Part shown: piece by piece, positions 38,409 through 51,451 of the stretch | Layout: the number at the start of each line of letters is the position of its first letter | Position numbering within the stretch: position 1 is the stretch's first letter | From: Chrysomallon squamiferum | Lineage: Eukaryota > Animalia > Mollusca | Assembly (NCBI GenBank): GCA_012295275.1 | Contig: CM022678.1 | Location: forward strand, 16,864,001 to 16,928,000 | Direction of reading: 5' to 3' | Length of the DNA stretch: 64,000 nucleotides | Made by a program: the position numbers and the translations under genes | The notes under the pieces: generated by a model | What the model was told of the DNA's origin: nothing | What the model saw: the letters and a program-made list of their open reading frames with translations, nothing else | Database searches by the model: none

Positions 38409-40102
38409 ATGTCCACTGTGATAATTCTACTGTTAGTTCTATCGCAGACAGGTAAGTGTGTTTGTATTATTTAGAATTGTGCTTCAGTCTGTGCACGTGT
38501 TTTGTATTTGTATGAGAGGTGTGTGACTGTGTGTGAGCGTACGTGTATGCTCTTGTGTTTGTGCGTATCTGTTCGCGCGTGCTTATGTGTATTGTGTGTG
38601 CGCGTGCTTGTGTGTCTTTGTATGTGTACGCACTGCTTGTTTTTCTTTCTGAACTAAGTAAGAAACGTTCAGTGCTTAGGCCACATAAAATAACTGATTT
38701 GTATTGTGTTGAAAATAACCAGACAGTCTAATGAGAAAACTTGCACATGAAAACTTTAGATTGAGATAATTAAATCGTAAACTTGGCAGTTAATTATAAA
38801 TCTACATTCCGCACAATTTATAATATATATATGTATACATATATCACCTGTACATTTATCAAGGCGCCGACTGTACTTAAAAAATATAATATATATCAAT
38901 ATCTGTATCTATATATTTATATATACGTCTGTCTCATTATGAAAACACAATTATCGGTCATCAGGATCTTAAAAAATAAATATAGCTGTAGAATTTATTT
39001 CCCGTGATTTGTGTTCCTAAATTAAAAAATTTAAATATATATCGTTTTTTTACTTGTTTTTCCTGTAATTTTTATATAATTTATTACTTTTTTATCGTTT
39101 TTGTGATTTATATTTCTTTTATAATAACAATAGCTACTAAAATATATATATGTATTGTATATAAGATAATCCAAAGTGCCTGTATTAGTAGCCCGTCATA
39201 CTGGTTTTATATGTTTTTACTGACCTTTCAATCCTTTATTTAGTTTCCGCTTGAGCAGCGATCTGAATAAAAACTGCATTAATGTAAAATGTTAAGTCGT
39301 GTCTTTGTGTTTACTGTATGAACGTGATCTCGTATTGCGAACCAGAGAGATTGATTTCAGTCAGAACTGCCTTCGGTACCCGACACCTCGGTATGGATCA
39401 CATGTTAATTTTCAAACTTTTAAGCTGATCGGTTTATTCAGCAAGCATTCGTCCTACAAACAGATTCAACCAAACTGTTTTCATAAACATATTTTTCGAA
39501 ACAGCAATATTATTAATTGAGTAAAAAAACAGTCAAATTAAATCTTAACGCGGTCAAACACATGTGTGAGCGCTAAACTCTCCCAGGTTATGTAGGTCTA
39601 CACGTTTAAATAAAACGTAAAATTTTCAATCGTAAAATTTAGTTGGAAAGAATGAAAAGATTTGTATGGAAAGTTAAAAAGTCAGTTATAGAGTTCAAAT
39701 AAAAGTCTATAACTTTTGTATTTAACTTTTTAGTTTTTTGGACCGCATGAAAAGTTTCATTCTATTATCCACTTAATGTGTACACTTTGCTATTTGTATA
39801 ATAATCCTTCCTAAATCCTTCTTGAAATTCAAATAATAGATCAAATACAATTATTTAACACATGTTAATTGGTAAAAACAAATGTAATAGTGTAAAAGTT
39901 TATAATCATCTCCCACTAATTTAAACTAAATTAATGACTAAACATCACAACAAATAAGTAGCCATAAGACGTCATCACATATAGGACGCATCGTTTTGCT
40001 CTAAAGCAGAGATCATTAACTTCGGCACTACAGTTCATCAGTGGGCTTTATTCTGACTATCTGGGTCGCTTTGCCGGTTTCTGTAGATCGCAGAGGCCCT
40101 AA

Positions 40103-40149
<47 letters not shown>

Positions 40150-43100
40150 CTTCTTTATACATATATATATATATATATCTGTCTTTCTATTATTTAATAG
40201 CAAACTTATAGATCTCAGAATTTTGGAAATTTTTTAACAATTTTGATAGTGTTTGTCCTTAGTGTGAACCACGATTTGTTTGTTGTGAATCTTACAGAGT
40301 TTGTATTTCATATGTTTTCTCCCATCGGAACTCTTGGAAGCGAAAATATAAAAACAAAAAAAAACTAAAATAATTTTCGTAGAAATGTTTAAAAATCTAA
40401 AGTTTGAAAATACGACAAAAAGACGACTCTGTGCCCGGTAATTTCACATCTTTACATGAAATGTGGTGGAAACTCAAACTGCGGTCTTTACACTACACGT
40501 GACACGCCGCACTGACTGACGGACTGAAAGACGACCACGACGAAGACAAACGACGGCATCAGTTCTATAAAACATCAGGTAATCTGACTGCATTTCCCAC
40601 AGGTAAAAATGAGTGTAAAACGCAGTCTACTCCTCCGAAGGACTCGTGCTATTTGTGATGTCTTAAGTTGTAGCAGATTTGATGAATATTTATTTAAACT
40701 TTTAATTCAGTTTAAATAAGTATTGTTTTAGTTTAATCCCTTAATTCGGAAATTATGGAGAGTTCGATGGGCTTTCAACTGTTCATTGTTTGAAAGTGGC
40801 TGATAGCTGAAAAACAACAATAACAAATAAATAAACAAATAAAAAAATAAATAAATAATAAAAAATAAACACCTTTAAAAATAAGAACAGTGATAATAGC
40901 AATAACAACAAAGCTAATAAATAAATAGAAAAAAATAAATAAATAAATATATATTTCTCACAACTTTATAAATAGATATAACATGCGTACATATATACTA
41001 TATGTATATATGTATTATATAGAAATTATGTATAAATGAAAGTATGTATGTAACCATGTTTGTGCATGTGCATATAATTTGTGCGTTTGTACATAAGTAT
41101 ATATATATATGTATATTTATGTTCCTGTGCAAGTGTTTACAATATGTGTTTGTTTGAATGTGTATATTTGTATGGATGTCAATGTATGGATTTTATTCAT
41201 ATGTCTAATTTTTCATTCTAAATAGTACTTGATATAATGTTTTGTCAACTTGTTTAGATTCAGTTAAGAGTTTCACATGTAAAGACAACGCAGAGCAATG
41301 TTCCCCTGACAACTTCGGGCCGGAAGACGAAATGAACTGTATGAAGACTTGTAACGTTTGTACAGGTAACGTTATCAATGTTCCAGCAAGGCAGAGTCAA
41401 CAGAAGAAGGATAGATACACATTATAGTTAATATGTTAAGTAACGATATACAGAACATTTGATATGTTAATATATCATATACATGTCAGACAGGATAGAT
41501 ACCAGGTAGAGACTGATATATTAGAAAGGATATGTATTCCGAATACAAGCAAACTAGATACACTATTCAGAATTCCATAACAGTACACAGATTTCAGCAG
41601 AGATACAGAGGATACACAACAACACACATAGGAAAGCTATGTATTAGGCAGGATGCATACACTGGTTACCAGCTATGTTGAGATAGGCTACATAGACATG
41701 ATACTTTCTATACCAGTATGAAACATATATTAGGTGGAACAGACCTGTAGAATGTACACATACAAGAAACACACATCACATATAACTCTGTCACAAAATC
41801 ATAAACATTTTTAATTTATTTTAATAAATATAACGATTGTTCTTGTTTCATATATACATTCAGAGGCACACAATTTCACTTTCAGTAAGTTGATATAACT
41901 AATTTCTTTTACCCGTGCTCACAAACCTCGCATTTAATCTCTCTATATCTCTTTTAATTTCTGTAAATCTCTCTAATTTTCAGTAGATTATTCAGAGTAG
42001 TTCTATTTTTAGATGAGGGGTGTTCTGAAGGTTATTACAATGGTGACGGCGACACGTGTTATTCATGTTCTGCCACCGACACAAAACATTCACAAAATTA
42101 CAAAGAGAAATGTAATACATTTTGTCCGAGTAACAAAACGCATGGCAAATGGTGTGAAAAGAACTGTAGTGGCACCTACTTGAACAGAAGATGTTACAAA
42201 TGGACCGGTGATTGTGAACGTTGTCCTTCTGGATTACCTGGACCACGTTGTCACCAGCACTGTAATAACACCGACGACAAAGGTGACTGCATCGGTGACT
42301 GTTTTTCTGGTTTTTTTAATCCAAAGTGTGATAAACAGTGTCCAAAGCACTGTAAACACAAAGTCTGCACGAAAACGTCGGGAAACTGCATCGGTGACTG
42401 TCTTCCTGGTTCTTACGGTCCACAGTGCGAAGAAAAGTTCCAGACAGTTGTAAAGACAAAGTCTGCCAAAAAAACACAGGAGAGTGTTTAAATTGTATTG
42501 AAAGGTTTTGGGGTGAAACTTGTCAGCTTAATTGTTCAGATAACTGCTTAAACAATTCCTGTAATAAAAACGGACAGTGCTCTCTAGGTTGCAAAGTTGG
42601 GTTTTTCGGAACGAACTGCTCAGAGAAATGCAGCGCGAACTGTCTACATCAGGTATGTAACAGAGAAAACGGATCGTGTACGGATGGCTGCGCTTCTGCT
42701 AAATATTACGGAGACCGTTGTGACAAAGACTGTCCTCATCGTTGTCTGAATTCTACATGTGATCGTAAAACCGGGAAATGTAAGAACGGATGCGACGGCA
42801 CTAATATTTATGGAACATTTTGCAACTATTCCTGTGGCTCGGATTGCCGAAGTGTTCGGTGTGAAAATATTTATGTATGGAGTGATAATTTTTTCGATTT
42901 TGTTGTCGATTTCTTCAGCTGTGTGTTTTATTTTGAGGTATTATTTTATTTCATTATTCAGTTCATTATTGATTTATTTATTAATATTATAATTATTATT
43001 GTTATTTTTATTAGTAGTAGTATAGTTGTTGTTTTTGTTGTACATTAAAATTAACAACAACTACAACAATGTGAAATTTAGTACTCATTGTAACCTATAA

Positions 43101-43169
43101 TAGCTCTCTATTTCTAAGTATATCCAATATTCTGTAGAGTGGCTAATAATAGTAATAATAATAATAATA

Positions 43170-43230
<61 letters not shown>

Positions 43231-43797
43231 TAATAATAACAATGATGACGAAGATATTGATGATTATGGCAGTAATTAGATTGATGAGGATGACAACAGT
43301 AATAATATTAAAGATGATGATAATGAAGGTCAAGAAAATAATAAAAATTACGTTCGTGCAATAATGAAAATAATAACAAAAGTTATGACAACTGTGATTA
43401 TAAATTAATAGTTTAACTTCTGTATTCAGAAAAATGAAGACAAGATCTAAAAAGAAACAACAGCGTGCACGACGACGTAAGAAAAACTTAGCTCGACCAC
43501 GTGATAACCAGATACGAAAATACATGGAAATGCAACCAGGATTTAATTTAATTAATTACGATATAATGATGTGATAGCGACAATAACACACACATACACA
43601 CACACACACACACTCACACACACACACATACACAAACACACAAAAACAAGATTAAGAAGAAGAAAAAATTCACACAAGAGATAACAGCAGCAAACACAAC
43701 CAACACCACCACCGCCACCATCAACAAATAACAACAACAACAACAACATCAACAACAATAATAATAATAGTAGTAGTAGTAGTATCAGTAGCAGTAA

Positions 43798-43839
<42 letters not shown>

Positions 43840-45225
43840 CAGTAGCAGTAGTACGTTTTTATGGTGATATTTATGATGATGATGATATTATATATTTGAA
43901 ATAAAGAGAAGAATTTTAGTATTTTTATGTTAATGTTGTGACGTATAGATTAGTAGTTACAAAACTCTTAATATTAGCAGTTAATGTTAAACTGTGACTA
44001 GGTCTCGTGAAACATACATCGATTGATTCATTTATTGACTGACTGACTGTTTCATTCATTTATTGACGACTGTTAATTTCAGTAATCAGGAGCAGGAAAT
44101 CTGACAATTCATCAGATCCTCCCGACGTGGTCCGTTGCCATGGCAACCCACCTCCTGCCTCAGCTGCGGATGATGACATACTGATGGACTTCTTTCAGTC
44201 ACAAACTACAACCTATGATGAAAAAGATGATAATGACAATGACAGTGAAGATGACATAGGATCCTCATCAAAGTTGTTTCAAAACGAGGCTGAAGAATAC
44301 GAAATCGAAAACGAGACTCTCTTTGAAAAACCGCATTACCGAAATGTTGGATCTAACCTTGCAAACAACACGGGCGATATTGTGCCACTTCTAGAGTCCG
44401 AGGAAGATGAAAGTTTTGATATTAAACATTTTCACACGTATGTGTACAACATGCGTCTTATGAATGGTTTCCATCGTGAATTTCAGGTAATGACTTTTAT
44501 TTTTTTCTTCTTCTACATTTTCTCCTTCTTTTCTTTTTCTTGTTGCGGTTGTTATTATCATCATGATCATCATCGTCATATTTATTTATTTACTCTTATT
44601 TTATTCTTCTAATTTACTGGATGATTAATTTCTGATGTTCAACATTATAATTATTTCGGAACATTAAAACCAATGAAATTTGATATGATCTGTAATTTAT
44701 GAGTTACGGTACAGACTTCAATATATATACACAAGCTTAATCATGTACGCTCAAAGGGCATACATACGTTTTAATATATAAAAAAATAGATTACGGATCC
44801 TTTTTCAGTTTTTACAGAAGATAAGCTGGTATTCCACCGACGTAGCAGAAAAGATAGAAAATGTTCCTAGAAATAGATACAGGAATATAAAACCTTGTAT
44901 GTATAAATGTGAAATATTATGTCGTAACTTTAGTAGTCTCTCTTGTTCTTGTTCTTGGTTTTGTTGTTGCTGTTTTTATTTGAAATCGGAAAACTCTTCT
45001 CGTCTATCCGAAATAGTGATATCATAATTATTAAAAATAATATATAAAACTTTCTGCAAACTATATATATATTAATCGTAAGCTTTTCGAGCAAAAAATC
45101 CTCAGTCGGTACTACTACTACTACTGCTGCTACTACTACTACTACTATTACTACTACTGCTACCCCTATTATTATTATTATTATTATGATTATTATTATG
45201 ATTATTATTATTATTATTATTATTA

Positions 45226-45277
<52 letters not shown>

Positions 45278-45527
45278 CATCATCATCATATTTAATCAAA
45301 CATATAACGCTTACCTGGAACCGATTTTTAAAAACTATTTCTTCCTTCTTCTGTCCAGTTTTTCGTAACTAACCCAAGCAACACCAGCAGCAACAGCAAC
45401 AACAACCGCGAAAACAGCAGAAACAACAATGATAATAATAAAATAAGTTAAACGACTTTCATGTGGAATTTATTTATATATTAATTTATTGTTTAATATC
45501 GCTTTGTCTCCCTCTGCCTCTGATATC

Positions 45528-45595
<68 letters not shown>

Positions 45596-45663
45596 AACAA
45601 ACACACACATAAAATTCTTAAAAAGGAATCTTATATAAATACAGTGGCGCACTATATATTTTA

Positions 45664-45727
<64 letters not shown>

Positions 45728-46226
45728 TTAAAGCTTTTTGTTTAGAAATCGGATCACTAAGATTATCGTAAAAGAAATTTCGTTAGCGAGCAATGTTCGT
45801 TTTAGATCTTCGGAAAAAGTAAGCAGTTGTTAGTCATTAAGATTCAACGAAGTAGCACACCGTCTACGTCTTAATTTTTAATTTCCTTACCTAAGTCGAT
45901 TTGTTGGTATTGTTACACTTTTATTTCAAAATAGTTTCATTGTTTAGTAAAGTTATGTTCTATCAATTTATACTTTAATATTATTTTGTTTTATTTTTAT
46001 TTTTATTTCATTTTTAATTAATTGAAAAGATGATTATAACAGAGTGACGCTTGAGTATGTTCCTGGAATCCCAGCTTCAGATTATATTAACGCCAGTTTT
46101 ATTGATGTAAGTTTATTTATTTATCTATTCATTTATTTAATTATTTATTTATTGATTTATTAAATATATTAATTTACATAATGTATGCACACAAACATAC
46201 ACACGCACACCCACACATATGCAAAC

Positions 46227-46278
<52 letters not shown>

Positions 46279-46531
46279 GCACACCTACACACATACTTAC
46301 TTCCATTTATTTTTATTTATTTACTTACATAGTTATATCATTTTTAAATGTATTAATTATATTAATTTCAATTCAGGGCTATCACACATCAAACTGGTAC
46401 ATTGCAGCACAAGGTCCTACAGAAAAGACAGCAGCAGATGATTTCTGGAGAATGGTTTGGGAGGTCAACTCTACTCATGTCATAATGCTCACAGATTTAG
46501 TTACAGCCAAAAAACAACCAGGTTTGTCCTA

Positions 46532-46574
<43 letters not shown>

Positions 46575-47034
46575 TCAGGATTTTTCTCTCTCAAGGTTTG
46601 TTCTCTCGCTTTTCTCTCAGAAAGGTTGTATATATGTAGATATATATACATACACACACACATATATCCATATGGACAGATAGTTAGAGAGATAGATGGA
46701 TTTTAAAATTGTAAAATTATCAGTTGTAAAATTATGTTTTCATTCCAGTGCTGGTGTTGGAAGGACAGGTACTTTCATAGCTATAGATTATCTTCTTGAC
46801 CAGGCACTGAGCAGAGGAAGACTCGATGTAGTTGGTTGTGTGGCACGTTTAAGAAAACAACGAAATCATATGGTGCAAACTGTTGTAAGTATTCTAGTGT
46901 ACCTCTTTTTTAGAAATATTTCTATTTTTCTTAAACCTGTCGTTGTACCGGGAATAGTCGAATGTCCTGTTGTTGTTCGTGTTGTTTTTGTTCTGGTTAA
47001 TGTTACTGCTATGACTTGTAAGTTGTTGTTGTTG

Positions 47035-47086
<52 letters not shown>

Positions 47087-47294
47087 TATTATTATTATTT
47101 CTTGATGTGTTTTATGTGAGTTTGTTATTATTGTTTGTTTGTTAGTTTACACAATCTATTATTTTTACTTTTCATTACAGATGCAATACAATTTTATTCA
47201 TCAACTTCTGTTAGAATGGTTGTTATCATTCAACATCATTTCAGAAAGAGGTGACATAACAGAAACTGACAGCAATCAAGAAGGAAATAATTAA
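38409..47294 (+). pseudogene. Copy 5: chimeric receptor PTP pseudogene
   Basis: Signal exon 38409-38451 (MSTVIILLLVLSQT); ShK 41258-41365 (third Cys>Phe); EGF 42013-~42870 with a frameshift near 42438, fused out of frame into the TM exon; 43430-43539 (donor GT>GA); 44083-44486; 44809-44896; 46030-46106; 46377-~46521; PTP exons 4-5 including the catalytic Cys absent; 46749-46884; 47181-47294. Confidence 0.88.
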
Positions 47295-49039
47295 AAAAGA
47301 ATAAATAGAAAATAAATTTGCCTCAATTTGTGTTCTTTTTATGAAGCTGAATATTTCTGTAATCCAGATGTCAGGAATTGTAAAGGATGAAGTATCTACA
47401 CTGGAAAGACACAGAAAGTAATAGAAGTCCATTGCTTGTATTGGAATACAGAAATAATATGATACTGAGTTTTTGAATTCAGGGATATTTGAAACTTTTG
47501 TGATGAGAAAGAAAAATGCAAGGCAGTTGTTAAGTGATAAAAATTTGTGTCCACAAGAAAGAAGACATTTCTATAATTAAGATTGCTGCCTGTAATGAGT
47601 AAAGGGACTAATGCAAACAAACTAAAATCTAATCTAGGGCGACCATTACCATATTTATAAAAAGGAGAATTTTTAAAACATTTTTGTGATAGACATGTTT
47701 AGCCTAATTAAAAATTGTTTTAATAATCAGTTGAAATATATGAAGTTATATAAAAGGTACAACATATACTTAGAAGTCAGGGAAATTTCTGTCCACAAGA
47801 AAGATGTCTGCTCCTTTAGTGGATAATGTGACGAATGTAAACAAACTGTAAACTAATCTTCATGTTACTCTCAGCTGCAGTGGAATATGGGTAATATCTG
47901 GGACGAGCATTTCCATATTTGAAAAGAAGGACTTTTAAAAACATTTTATGACACTTATAATGTCTAAATATAATATGCTTAATGATGGTTGTAATGTAAA
48001 AATTGTGTGTGTATATAAATACATATATGTATGTATGTGTGTACGTACGTAAATACAAGGCAATTCAATTTTGTAAACAACAGAACAAAATGAATGTTTA
48101 CGTTCAGTCCATTTCCAAAATTAGAAAGTAAAATATTTAAATTTTCTTTTTATACCAAATGCTATTTGCCTGTGTATGTCTGTATAAGTGTGTTTCGCTG
48201 TTTTTATTTACATATCTATCTGATACAGGATCTCCTTTGAAAAGTATATTTTTGGTGATGGGAAACCTTAAAGTGTGAATTTATAATCTTATATTGTGAT
48301 AAAACATCCAGATAACCTTTTTTGTGTGTGCTAAACTAATAATAATAATAATTTGAGTTGTGTGGTAGGTATCGTAAAAACAGTAATAATAACATTAACA
48401 ACAGCTGTTATAATAAAACATTTAAAATGAATTAAGTTTTCTTATAATTTTCTTCCTTTTTCATAGACATGAGTCTGTCATATAGAGATTTTTGCAAAAA
48501 TGGGGTTAATTCTCTGTTCCTCTCTCTTTGTCTCACTCTGTCTTTCCCTCTCTCTCGCTTTCTCTGTGTGTATGTGTGTATTTACATCTGCGTAGTTTCA
48601 TATGTGTGTATATGTTTATGTGTATAAATGTGTGTTCACACGTCTGTGTGTGTTTGTATGTGGTTGTGTCTGTGTATGCTGCACATGCATAATTTTAAAC
48701 ATTGGACCAGCAGAGAAGAGTCTAGTCAAATTATGTCCTTACGAAGCAGATAACACAAAAAAAAAAATACAGTAGAAACACATGAACGCCGAACATTGTA
48801 GTGATCAAAAAATCTCAATATAGAGACAGAGATACATGTTTTACTATACTTTAATTTCATGTCATTTCATTTATTTTATTTTAATTCAAATGTTCTATTA
48901 CATTTAATTATTAATTTAATTTAATTTAATTTTTTTAAGTTTAATTTTTTTTTTCTTTTCTGAACTGCACTAATTTCTAAATTCAGTTTTTAAAATATTT
49001 CATTTACAATAAAGAAAAAATTAAACATTTATTAAAAAA

Positions 49040-49083
<44 letters not shown>

Positions 49084-49600
49084 ATGAATGAATAAATGAA
49101 TAAATAAATAAATAAAAAAGATATTCAGTTTTTACATTTTATTAATCATAAATCTTTTATTCATATACCACCTACTATTTCATGGCTTTAGTGTATCCAC
49201 GTGAAACAAGGGAAGTTACTCTAATACGAGTTTAGCAGACTCGATGGTTTCCCAGCCTCAGCAGCTGAGAGAAAAACCTGGATTTTTAGTGTGAAAATAT
49301 TGACTTGTTTTTCTATAATTATTAAAATAAATTAGATTTAAGAATAATATATTTGTCTTAGGTGATAATGAGCTTATACGAGTCTCATAATCATAGTGTG
49401 TTCCCACCACCCAACAATGCCGGATACATAGCGATAGGTAGGCGAACCTTTTCGACTTGGTTAGTCAGTAGCCTTATTCACTTTTATGTACATCGACAGC
49501 TAGTTTAAACACTCAAATTTATGTTCACTGTTTGAGCTATTAGAGCAAAGGTTAATACCTGTAAAATTTAGAATGGCAGGTTTTACTTCCAAATTACAGT
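42871..49600 (+). repeat. Recent segmental duplicate of ~29411-37586
   Basis: Introns, microsatellite positions and 3' flank are nearly identical to copy 4, apart from a ~1.4 kb loss near 46705. Confidence 0.92.
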
Positions 49601-50267
49601 TGTAGGATGGTTCAATTAATTATTTATAATTCATTAATTTACGTTATCAACTAAATTATACCAGGTATGTTGTATACGCTTTATAATTAACTGTCTTCTG
49701 CATAGTTATCACTGTTGTTAAGTCCTTATACTCATCATTTTATTGTGTCATTACGAAATAGAGAAATATAAATTATTAAACGAGATAAAGGGGAAACAAA
49801 AGTTGTCATTTGACAAGTCAGACATAAGAAATCGTCCCAAATGTACACACAGTAAACAAACAAATCATGTATCAGTGTTATGATTCATAGAATCACAAGT
49901 AATAACATGGCTGTAACTAGACTGCTTTTTGAAAGGAGGCTAAAACACTTAATCCCCGCATGGAGCTGGTCAGTAAGATTTGGGGGAGGGGACTGGGGAC
50001 CGCCTGACTCCCGCAGAAGCTCCAACTTGAAAGACGCAAAATCCTCCACTCTATCTATTTCCTGGGATCTTTTTCCTAGTGCAGTAATCATAACTTTTTA
50101 TGATTTAATTTTCGTATTTTTAATTTACCAGGAGTATTTCGAAATCCATGTACACAAGAACTGAACTAAACTAACACCAGTAGAATTAATGGCAATTGCA
50201 TTAATGTCCCTGGTAGCACTTAATAATAAATGTATCGGAATATAAATTTATACTTTATATATTAAAA

Positions 50268-50298
<31 letters not shown>

Positions 50299-50517
50299 AT
50301 TAAAAAAATAAATACTCACTTTTATGATGATTCTTTGAGCTATTAAAGGAAAAGTTAATACCTGTAACATTTAAAACGGCGGCTTTTACTTCTTTTACAT
50401 CAAAGTTATTTTGTTTTGACTTTTGTAACTAAATTTAAAATGCATATATATATATCTTTTTTATATCTTTTTAAATAAATTTAAAATATATGCAGGTGGA
50501 CACACACACACACACGA

Positions 50518-50559
<42 letters not shown>

Positions 50560-50712
50560 CAAACAACCAGTAACATATGTATGTCTGTGTGTGTATCTGT
50601 GTGTATATATACACATATATATACATAAACAGAAATACACACACAGAGGCTTATATATGTATGAATATCTGAAACAGTGTATGTACTTTCCTTCGCACCT
50701 ACAAATGAAATA

Positions 50713-51450
50713 CAGTGGTACCTCGACTTACGAGTGCCCCAACCTAAATGTTTCTCGATATACGAGCTGTTGCTTGGTCGATTGTTTGCTTTGAGTTGGA
50801 AGCCAAAATCAGATTTAAGAACGAGCTTCAGAAACGCCGCCTTTAGTTGGCGTAACGAACAACACAACATCCGGCCAGCATCCGCTCTCTCACTCGTTTA
50901 CGTCACGTGGTTATTTGGCCGTGGAGGCATCTCTGTTGCGCTGTGTTTTTGTTGTCTGAAGTATTTTGCTAAATTTCTCTTTCCTTGCATTGGATCGTAA
51001 GAAAGTGAGTGCAAAGGACAGTGGTGGGAAGATGAAGCAGATGATGTCCATTGAATTAAAGCATGAAGTCATAGAGAAATATGAGCGAGATGAGCATGTA
51101 GTCGATTTGGCTACGCAGTACGAGCGTAGTACCATACTGAAGCAGAAAGAGTCGATAAAGGCTGTATACCTAGCCAAAGACGTCAAAATAATTTTGACTG
51201 ATCTCCAAGGTAAATACACTTTACAAAACCAGCTTATTTCCTTACATTCTCCTTTATTTTATTTTCATACAATATTTGTAATTTATAAATACATTTTTCT
51301 GATTTAAAAACACGTTACAAAAATATGGGGTGGTTTTCGGGGTTTGGGATTAAAGATATTTGAATTAATTTCATTTGGGAAAATTCATTTCATATACGTC
51401 CAAATTGATTTACGAGCTCGGTCACGGAACTAATTAAACATGTAAGTCAA
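50713..51450 (+). mobile_element. Tigger/pogo (TIGD1-like) internal-deletion derivative
   Basis: TA|CAGTGGTACCTCGACTTACGAG TIR; CENP-B-type HTH start MSIELKHEVIEKYERDEHVVDLATQY; right TIR truncated. Confidence 0.82.
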
Positions 51451-51451
51451 T

